Assembly: GCA_038043285.1 (NCBI GenBank)
Contig: JBBTCJ010000036.1
Location: forward strand, 26,822 to 90,821
Reading direction: 5' to 3'
Source of the DNA: Planctomycetota bacterium
GTDB taxonomy: Bacteria > Planctomycetota > Phycisphaerae > UBA1845
Length of the DNA: 64,000 nt
Shown here piece after piece: positions 19,063 through 26,099 of this stretch (position 1 is its first letter; each line of letters begins with the position of its first letter). Position numbers and translations under genes: made by a program. Below the pieces are notes generated by a model. That model saw only the letters and a list, made by a program, of their open reading frames with translations. It had not been told where the DNA came from and did no database searches.

Positions 19063-20288
19063 TTCGATCCCCCATCCACTAGGACCGTGCCTTTCCGTTC
19101 GGGACGGACCATCCCCACCGCGACTTCGCCCGGTCCAATCACGATGGCGTCAAACTCCGAACGCCGATCGTCCACCGTCTTCACCTTGACCGTTTCGTCG
19201 AGAAGTCCGTCGCCCATCGCTTTGCCCGTGGTCACCACTCGGACCGGTCCCGACACCGAGTTCACCGTGACCAGCTGACCCCGCAGCACCAGCGGCACAG
19301 GAGCCAGCATGTCCGACTCAATCATCGTTCCGGCGGCGATCACCCGCTTGGCACGCTGTCCGACGGCGACCGCCGCGTCGTCCAGGCCCAGTTCGTCCAC
19401 CCTCACGAAGCCCAACCGAACCAACTCGACGTCGGAGGCGGAGATCGCTGCGTCCTGATTGATGCTTCGCCTGGCCACCAGCACCGCCCTGGTCATGGTG
19501 ACCTGGACCACCAGGGGGACCGTTTGCAGCGTTACGCCGTCGGCGACCACGTCCACCTCGACGGGAATCAGTCCCAACGGAAACGCGCCGCGTCGACGGA
19601 TGCGGAACTCGTACGACGGACCCGAAAGCTCCAGCACGTTCTCCGACGTGTGATCGAAGGTCACCTCCGCCGAACCTCGGTAACGCGCTAACTCGCCGTT
19701 GAAGTGCTCCAGGACCGCGCGGCGTAGGGTGAGTCCGACGTCGTCGTCCTTCACGTCCGCCGGATCTGTTTGGGCTTCCGGCTTTGGCTGCTTTCTGTTG
19801 GGGGCAACCGAAGCGGGCGTAGCCGAGCCGGGGCTTCGGCGTTCCAATTCCCCGCCGTTGTGGTCCTGTTTCGGGGGCGCTGGGTTGGCCGGCCGGGTGA
19901 TGGCGCATTCCGTCGCTCCACCCAGTGTGACCTGTCCCATGTTGATTCCGCCGGTCTTGAGGGCGGTGCGAACGAGTTCGACGTGGACCACACGCGATCC
20001 GCCGGCAACGGGAGCGTCCGCCACGATGATCCCCCCGATCCGCTCCAACGCAGCCGCGTCAAACCCGCGCAGCTCGCAGAGGTCGTCGAGGCGAACCGAG
20101 TCACTCACGACAACTGCGGTCGGCCAAACACGCAGCGTTCCGCCCGCCGAAGCCGTCCCACCCAGGAGGGCGGACAGCAGCGCCGAGGCGACACCCGCAG
20201 TGAAGAGACGGCCATGCGGCAAGCCAAGGTCGAGCAAAGTCGCCCCTCGTGGCTCTTCGTTGCGATCAGAATGACGGCTGTTGCTCAT
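19059..20288 (-). CDS. flgA: flagellar basal-body P-ring formation chaperone FlgA, extended form (409 aa)
   Basis: N-terminal signal-like helix and a C-terminal SAF/FlgA-type region (ISASDVELVRLG...AGTMIESDMLAPVPLVLRGQLVTV). A Pro/Lys/Asp-rich linker sits in the middle. The gene lies between flgG and flgH. Confidence 0.75.
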   Translation of the reverse strand: MSNSRHSDRNEEPRGATLLDLGLPHGRLFTAGVASALLSALLGGTASAGGTLRVWPTAVVVSDSVRLDDLCELRGFDAAALERIGGIIVADAPVAGGSRVVHVELVRTALKTGGINMGQVTLGGATECAITRPANPAPPKQDHNGGELERRSPGSATPASVAPNRKQPKPEAQTDPADVKDDDVGLTLRRAVLEHFNGELARYRGSAEVTFDHTSENVLELSGPSYEFRIRRRGAFPLGLIPVEVDVVADGVTLQTVPLVVQVTMTRAVLVARRSINQDAAISASDVELVRLGFVRVDELGLDDAAVAVGQRAKRVIAAGTMIESDMLAPVPLVLRGQLVTVNSVSGPVRVVTTGKAMGDGLLDETVKVKTVDDRRSEFDAIVIGPGEVAVGMVRPERKGTVLVDGGSK

Positions 20289-20325
20289 GATCCTTTCCGT
20301 CCGACGCTATGGCTTCCGCCGATCA

Positions 20326-21135
20326 CTAGAAGCGTCTCAGGTTCGACACAATCTGCAGCGATTCATCCGCGCTCTGGATGGATTGACTGTTCAACTCAAA
20401 CGCCCGCTGCGTGGTGATCAGGTCGATCAGCTCACGGACCGGATCAACGTTGCTGATTTCGAGGTTCCCCTGGGCGAGCGATCCCAGCCCATCGGTCTGC
20501 GGCGGACCCGTCACCGGCGCGCCCGAGGCATCGGTTTCGAGGTAGAGGTTGCGCCCAACCTGCTTCAAGCCCTCCGGGTTGACGAAGCGCGCCAACTCAA
20601 TCTGTCCGACCGAACTGAGCGTATTGGCACCCTGCTGGCGTACGCGGACCTCGCCGTTGCGACCGACGATCACCTCGATGGCGTCAGCGGGAATCGCTAT
20701 GGGCGGCTCTAACACCGCCCCGTCGCTGTTTCCCAACACCACGTTGCCAACCGCGTTTTGAGCGAAGTTCCCGGCTCGCGTGTACGCGGTGACCTCGGCG
20801 CCGTCCTGAATGGTTGTCACCTGGTAAAACCCCTCGCCCTCGATCTGCAAATCAAGGGGGCGACCGGTCGGATCCACGGTTCCCGGCTCGAAGTTCAACT
20901 GCGTCCCCGACACCTTCACGCCCGTCCCCACCACAACTCCATGCGGAATCGGTTCGTCCTGGGCGTTCAACGCGCCCGGTTCGCGCTTCACCTGATACAA
21001 AAGATCCTCGAAGTTCACGCGCGAGCGCTTGAACCCGTGCGTGTTGATGTTCGCCAGGTTGTTGGCCACAACGTTCAGCTTCTCGTCGAGCGCCCTCATG
21101 CCCGACGCGGCTGCGTGGAGTGCCATAATCGCCAT
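20326..21135 (-). CDS. flgG: flagellar basal-body rod protein FlgG
   Basis: MAIMALHAAASGMRALDEKLNVVANNLANINTHGFKRSR... with C-terminus LAQGNLEISNVDPVRELIDLITTQRAFELNSQSIQSADE. Confidence 0.95.
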   Translation of the reverse strand: MAIMALHAAASGMRALDEKLNVVANNLANINTHGFKRSRVNFEDLLYQVKREPGALNAQDEPIPHGVVVGTGVKVSGTQLNFEPGTVDPTGRPLDLQIEGEGFYQVTTIQDGAEVTAYTRAGNFAQNAVGNVVLGNSDGAVLEPPIAIPADAIEVIVGRNGEVRVRQQGANTLSSVGQIELARFVNPEGLKQVGRNLYLETDASGAPVTGPPQTDGLGSLAQGNLEISNVDPVRELIDLITTQRAFELNSQSIQSADESLQIVSNLRRF

Positions 21136-21164
21136 CTAGGTGCCGCCTTCCTTGCGAAAAACGC

Positions 21165-21932
21165 CTAGGCCATCCGCCCCAGCGTGGTTACCGCCTGTCC
21201 GGTCAATTGGTCTTGCAGTTGCAGCATCGTCGCGTTCATCTGATACGCGCGGGAAACCTCGATCATCGAGGCCAATCCCTCGACGGCATCGAAAGTCGAG
21301 CCTTCGCGCGAGGCGGACACGATGGCGCCCGTCGCGGGGACCATTCTTCCGGTCGTCGACTCGAACAGGTTCTCACCGCTTTTTCGAAGACCGTCCGGCT
21401 CCTCGCCATTGAACAGCCCGACTCGACCCACTTCGGTGGTTCCCTGTCGCACCATCCCGCCTTCGGATACGCGAACGGCGTCGCCGGCTGGATCCACCAG
21501 GATGGGCACGCCACCATCGTCATGAACGCGCCACTGCCCCGATTCGGTGGCCAGGATCACTTCGCCGGCTGAGTTCACCGCAAACTCTCCGTTCCGCGTG
21601 TAGCGTTTCGACTCGCCGTCGCCCACCTCGAAGAATCCGTCGCCGCGAACGGCGACGTCCAGCGAACGCCCGGTCGACTCGATCGGCCCTTGCTGCCGGC
21701 TAAACTGCGTTGGAAGCACGTTCACGCCGCCGGACATTCCGTCGAGAACGGGATGAGCCGCCGACGCCCCGTCCGCCGAGGCGCGGCTTTCGACGCGACG
21801 CTGCATGACCACGGCCAAGTCGTGCTTGAACCCGGTGGTGGACGAGTTGGCGATGTTGTTGGCCAGCACCGTTTGGCGGTGATCGCTCACCTTCATCCCC
21901 GCCGCGGACAGCCAAAGCCCGTAACTGCTCAC
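21165..21932 (-). CDS. flgF: flagellar basal-body rod protein FlgF
   Basis: GLWLSAAGMKVSDHRQTVLANNIANSSTTGFK and the C-terminus EGSTFDAVEGLASMIEVSRAYQMNATMLQLQDQ. It has a GTG start and lies directly upstream of flgG. Confidence 0.85.
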   Translation of the reverse strand: MSSYGLWLSAAGMKVSDHRQTVLANNIANSSTTGFKHDLAVVMQRRVESRASADGASAAHPVLDGMSGGVNVLPTQFSRQQGPIESTGRSLDVAVRGDGFFEVGDGESKRYTRNGEFAVNSAGEVILATESGQWRVHDDGGVPILVDPAGDAVRVSEGGMVRQGTTEVGRVGLFNGEEPDGLRKSGENLFESTTGRMVPATGAIVSASREGSTFDAVEGLASMIEVSRAYQMNATMLQLQDQLTGQAVTTLGRMA

Positions 21933-22231
21933 GGATGCACCTTCGCTTCGTGCGTCAGGTCGGCTCTAAGTCGAGGCGGCGATGACGACTCGCCCCCATA
22001 GAAGAACTTCGCGCCTGATCGCAGGCCCGGGGGGTGTACGGCGAGCGCCCCGGCCGTGGCGTCAATAACGCGCCCCAGCTCAGCCCAATCCAGGGCCAGC
22101 AAACCGCAGCCCTGGGCTGTCGCATGTGGGACGTTCTTAATCGGGGTTCGCACGATTCGTCTCCCGGCTCGCTCGCTACGGACTCGACACGTTGGGCGCG
22201 GTCCTTAGGCGAACGTGGGGGGCGAGATAAG

Positions 22232-22246
22232 ACAACAGCTGTGCCA
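22232..22246 (-). promoter_or_regulatory. sigma-54-like -24/-12 element (TGGCAC-N5-TTGT) about 300 nt upstream of flgF
   Basis: The minus strand reads TGGCACAGCTGTTGT. The spacing is correct, but the -12 dinucleotide is GT rather than the conserved GC. An AT-rich block follows at 22295..22340. Confidence 0.3.
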
Positions 22247-22932
22247 AGACCGTCCCGGGACCAACCATCTGCCGAACGAAACGCCGACCGATAGTGTCGC
22301 AACATATGTATTTTAAATAGTTTATGACGCATGACGTTTTTTTTGGGGCAGCCGCGTAGAAGCCCCAGATGAGGATTGGCGGAGGCGCAGAACCTGCTCC
22401 GAGTCGGCAACAACCGCATGCACGGCGACTGGCTTTCGGCATTGCTGCCTTGGAAATGAGGCAGGCGTCCGCCGGGATCGGGATCCAGGTTCGGGCGAGC
22501 TGCGACCGACAGGAAACGACGTGCAAGGGGCGCAAATGGATGTTCCCAGCGCCGCGCGGGCTGTATGCCCGTGGCTCACCCAAGGGCGGGTATCAGTACC
22601 AAATCTGGCTGGACCTCCATCGTGGAGCAGGTCAGGCCACATGGGCAATCCCGCGTCAGGACCGAAGTTTTCCGTGCTGCGCGGTACCGGTGGCGGATTC
22701 GTCCCGACGGCTACAACCTGAATCAAGAGTCCGGCGCTTGGGACCGGCGAAGACTGTCGCGAACTTGCGCCGCGGATTGGCAAAAGCGATTCGCCCCTCG
22801 CGTAGCTTGCCGGCCGACCGTAATTCGCTTACTCTCTTGTTGGATTACGATCTTTCTTGATCGATCCCCTTCCCGAGTTCCGCCTGTTCGCACAGGTCGC
22901 ACTCCCGAACCGGACTGGTCACGGCAGTTCCG

Positions 22933-23364
22933 TTGATGATGCCAGATGAAGAAGACCAGTTGCTAACTATTTTTGAGCCTCCCCAAACGTGGCGCCGCAA
23001 CGCCGAGGCCCACGATGGAAGAGGCGAAGCGGTTCGCTACGAAGATTCTTTGTGCCTTCCCGGGGACGCAAAGGCGGCTTCGTGTCTGCTTTTCGACCGG
23101 CCGAGCACATGCGCTCAGCTCGAGCCGTTCGATCGGCACATCTACGGCAAAGGCGCAGAATCGGGCTGGTCGCTCAACGACTCGGAGATGGACGCAAAGG
23201 CGGCGCTCCAGAAGTTCAACGGGTGCGCCGGAGCGTCCCTGGAATGGCTGCCCAAGCGGATCGAGTCCTTGCCTGTTCGGCGGGGAAACGCCGGGCATGA
23301 ACCACGATTTCAGGATGGTTGGATTTCTGAAAAAGTGAAGTTCGACGTGCGCAAGGAGACATGA
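22933..23364 (+). CDS. orphan hypothetical protein (143 aa)
   Basis: This is the only frame in 21.9-23.4 kb with a protein-like composition (balanced D/E/K/W, G/C-preferring third positions mid-gene by eye). It has no obvious SD and no recognisable family. Confidence 0.4.
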   Translation: MMMPDEEDQLLTIFEPPQTWRRNAEAHDGRGEAVRYEDSLCLPGDAKAASCLLFDRPSTCAQLEPFDRHIYGKGAESGWSLNDSEMDAKAALQKFNGCAGASLEWLPKRIESLPVRRGNAGHEPRFQDGWISEKVKFDVRKET

Positions 23365-23444
23365 GCCGCTGCGTCGATGACGCGTGAAGCTGAAACAAGA
23401 GCGTTTTTCTGCGGAAGACGGATGGATGTGATCAAGGAAAGCCC

Positions 23445-23603
23445 ATGGCCAAGAAGAACAGACCCTCAGTACAGAAACGTGAACGAGAGCAAAAGAAGCG
23501 CGACCGAGAGCGCAAGAAGGCTGAAAAGGCCGCTCACAAACGCGAGCGGCGCGGCGAGCAAGCTGTGTCGGAGCAGTCGGAAAGGCCCGCCGGCAGCTTC
23601 TGA
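23445..23603 (+). CDS. unannotated small, highly basic Lys/Arg/Glu-rich protein (52 aa)
   Basis: Hand translation gives MAKKNRPSVQKREREQKKRDRERKKAEKAAHKRERRGEQAVSEQSERPAGSF*. AAGGAAAG lies 4 nt upstream of the ATG. The ORF is below the length cut-off of the ORF track. Confidence 0.45.
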   Translation: MAKKNRPSVQKREREQKKRDRERKKAEKAAHKRERRGEQAVSEQSERPAGSF

Positions 23604-23689
23604 TTCCCAGGGCAGAGAATTCCGTCGCCGATCCTGCCTATCATGTTGTATCAAGTGGGCCTGAAGGTGCGCCAACGATCGTAGGTCGT

Positions 23690-23707
23690 CGCGGGCTGAA
23701 GCCCGCG
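23690..23707. repeat. CGCGGGC-TGAA-GCCCGCG hairpin (repeat family B core), a possible terminator after the small basic ORF
   Basis: A 7-bp GC stem with the same core as the hairpins at 9659, 29262 and 48372. It has no T-run. Confidence 0.4.
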
Positions 23708-23809
23708 GCCCGCCAGGTACCTTGCGGATCCCTACTGAATCATCGACGTACCTGGACGGCAGCCCGTGGCCGCCGCTCCAAGCTCAAACCGATGAATGGA
23801 TGGTGAACG

Positions 23810-24094
23810 ATGCTAACAGTGACGACTGCGGCGCTGGACAGACTTTCCACAAAACTGGCGGGCAAAAAGGCGGCCGACGATAGCGCGATGCGGTTTACGC
23901 GGAAGCCGGGAGGATGGAAGCTGCACTTCGATCATCCTCGGCCGGCGGACGAGACCTTTATTCACGAGGGAAAGAAGGTTCTCGTGTTGAACGAAAGGGC
24001 CTCCAAGGGCATGGCGAACATGACCCTGGAGGTGGCCAATACCGAGGTCGGGCCTCGACTCAAGCTGCGGGGCGTCTTGAGCAGCGAGAGCTAG
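23810..24094 (+). CDS. HesB/IscA-fold-like small protein lacking all cysteines
   Basis: MLTVTTAALDRL...AMRF...GGWKLHFD...GKKVLVLNERASKGMANMTLEV follows the Fe-S_biosyn (HesB/IscA) strand/helix pattern, but the 94 aa contain no Cys. The stop lies 2 nt before the next ATG. Confidence 0.55.
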   Translation: MLTVTTAALDRLSTKLAGKKAADDSAMRFTRKPGGWKLHFDHPRPADETFIHEGKKVLVLNERASKGMANMTLEVANTEVGPRLKLRGVLSSES

Positions 24095-24096
24095 GC

Positions 24097-25980
24097 ATGG
24101 AGCTCCCACGCCGCGCTCGCGGTGATGAGCTTTTACGGTCGGGCGAGCTGAGCGATCTTCGTCAGCGGCTGCGGCTGATCGCGGCTGGACATGATCTGAC
24201 AACGGTCATCGCGTGCGCCTTCGACCATCGCACGCGCATGTTGCCCTTCTGTCGTGCGGATGTGCGGATGGCGCCCGCGGGGGTGCGGGCCATCGGGTCG
24301 GCCATGGTCGATGCGGGCTTTCCCAAGACGCGCATCGTATTGCAGCAGTGGAACCGCAAGTTCCGCCCATCGCAGATGCGGTTGGACGGACGCCTACCCG
24401 ACGTGTTCATGATTTCCAGCATGCAACTCCACTCCGCGGCCCGCGAAGCGCTGATCCGCGATGCGTGCAAAATCGACCTTGCGCATCGGCCGTTGATCAT
24501 CGCCGGGGGGCCCAAAGCGGTGTATGAACCCTGGGATGCGTTCAGCTCCGACCCGCGTGATCCGTGGGCCGCGGATGTCGCCGTCACCGGCGAAGAGTAC
24601 GTCCTGCTGAACCTGCTGGAGGTGTTGCTGTCGATCCGCGCGGACAAGGAATCTCTGCGAAATACGTTTGTGCGGGCACGAAGTTGCGGGGCTCTCGACG
24701 GCGTTCCCGGCCTGGTGTACGCCAGAACCAACGATGCCGGTGTCGCCGAAGAGCTCGTCGACACCGGTATGCAGCGTCTCGTGGGCGATCTCGACGAATT
24801 GCCTCACCCAGTTCTGGGCTACCAGTTGCTTGAAGCGCCAAGCTCGCGGGCAACGCTTGGGAGCCGTGCGCTCCCGGCCGATCGCATCCGGAAGTACAGC
24901 CCGATCTCCTCGCTGGTCTTGACCTTCGGTTGCAAATTCGCTTGTCCGTATTGCCCGATTCCCGCCTACAACCAGCGGCAGCACCGGGTGAAGAGCGGGC
25001 CGCGGATTGCGGACGAGTTCCGCCGCCTGAATGGCGAATACGGGCTTTCAACATTCTTCGGCGCCGACGACAACTTCTTCGACGACAAGAAGCGAACGGT
25101 TGAGATTCTGGATACCCTGGCTCGAAGCGAGATCGGCGGCCTGCCCATCCGGAAGAGAATCCGCTGGGGGACCGAGGTTACGGTTCACGACACCTTGCAG
25201 ATGCGGAATCACCTGCGGCTCGTTCGGGAGTCCGGCGTTCGCGCACTTTGGGTGGGTGTCGAAGACATGACCGCAACCCTCGTGAAGAAAGGACAGAGCG
25301 TAAGCAAAACGGTCGAGGCGTTTGGACTTCTGCAAAAGAACGGCATCTGTCCCATGCCGATGATGATGCACCACGACGCGCAGCCGCTCATCAGCCGAGG
25401 GCCGAAGCCCTATGGCCTTCTCAACCAGATAGATATCTTGCGGAAGGCCGGCGCGGCGAGCATGCAGGTTCTCATGCTTGTACCCGCGACAGGCTCAAAA
25501 CTTTTTTCCGGCACGTACACATCGGGAATGGTGTATGAGAGCGTCGCCGGTCGGCCCGTCGAGGAACACATGCTCGGCGGGAATTACGTCGTGGCATCGC
25601 ATAGCCCAAAGCCTTGGCGAAAACAGGCCAACATCCTGATGGCCTACCTCTGGTTCTACAACCCCGTGAGATTTTCCGTCGCTTTGGTGCGGCCCAAGAG
25701 CAAGCTCTATCTGGCCGATGCGGCCTGGCAGTTGACTGGCATGTGGGGACTGGCGCAGACGGTCCGCAGAACCTTCGGCTGGCTCGTACGACTGCGCTGG
25801 GGGAAGATCAAGCGGAGGCATTCGCCGCCGATCAGCAAGATTCCCATGGTGGCCGCGGAGGGCGGCCCGGCTGATCACGACCTGTCCGGCGCTCGCCGCG
25901 CGGACTTCGTTGAGATCGGCGGATCACCCGCCGTCGCATCGACTCCGACATTCGCCTTGCCGATTCTTTCGCGGCAGTAG
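24097..25980 (+). CDS. B12-binding-domain radical SAM protein (627 aa), function unknown
   Basis: CX3CX2C motif in LVLTFGCKFACPYCPIP, an upstream Rossmann-like region (VFMISSMQLHSAA...LIIAGGPKA...VAVTGEEY) and a long C-terminal extension. The start is ATG 24097; the ORF track extends it to 23914 across the upstream gene. Confidence 0.85.
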   Translation: MELPRRARGDELLRSGELSDLRQRLRLIAAGHDLTTVIACAFDHRTRMLPFCRADVRMAPAGVRAIGSAMVDAGFPKTRIVLQQWNRKFRPSQMRLDGRLPDVFMISSMQLHSAAREALIRDACKIDLAHRPLIIAGGPKAVYEPWDAFSSDPRDPWAADVAVTGEEYVLLNLLEVLLSIRADKESLRNTFVRARSCGALDGVPGLVYARTNDAGVAEELVDTGMQRLVGDLDELPHPVLGYQLLEAPSSRATLGSRALPADRIRKYSPISSLVLTFGCKFACPYCPIPAYNQRQHRVKSGPRIADEFRRLNGEYGLSTFFGADDNFFDDKKRTVEILDTLARSEIGGLPIRKRIRWGTEVTVHDTLQMRNHLRLVRESGVRALWVGVEDMTATLVKKGQSVSKTVEAFGLLQKNGICPMPMMMHHDAQPLISRGPKPYGLLNQIDILRKAGAASMQVLMLVPATGSKLFSGTYTSGMVYESVAGRPVEEHMLGGNYVVASHSPKPWRKQANILMAYLWFYNPVRFSVALVRPKSKLYLADAAWQLTGMWGLAQTVRRTFGWLVRLRWGKIKRRHSPPISKIPMVAAEGGPADHDLSGARRADFVEIGGSPAVASTPTFALPILSRQ

Positions 25981-26099
25981 GCAGCGGACGAACCATCGAC
26001 ATCCAGCCAACCGAAGGCGCAGTGCATCCCGCATTTCCTCCGCGACCTGCCGGCGCACGCCCGTTGCGACGCCCGTGGGCGGCGGGCAAAAACACTGCG

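Noticed and set aside
22369-22860. ORFs of 135-163 aa filling the gap upstream of flgF (22176..22583 and 22322..22783 on the minus strand, 22369..22860 and 22565..22936 on the plus strand)
   Set aside because: They overlap one another in different frames, are rich in Arg/Pro/Ser/Gly and lack SD sequences and recognisable motifs. None is better supported than the others.
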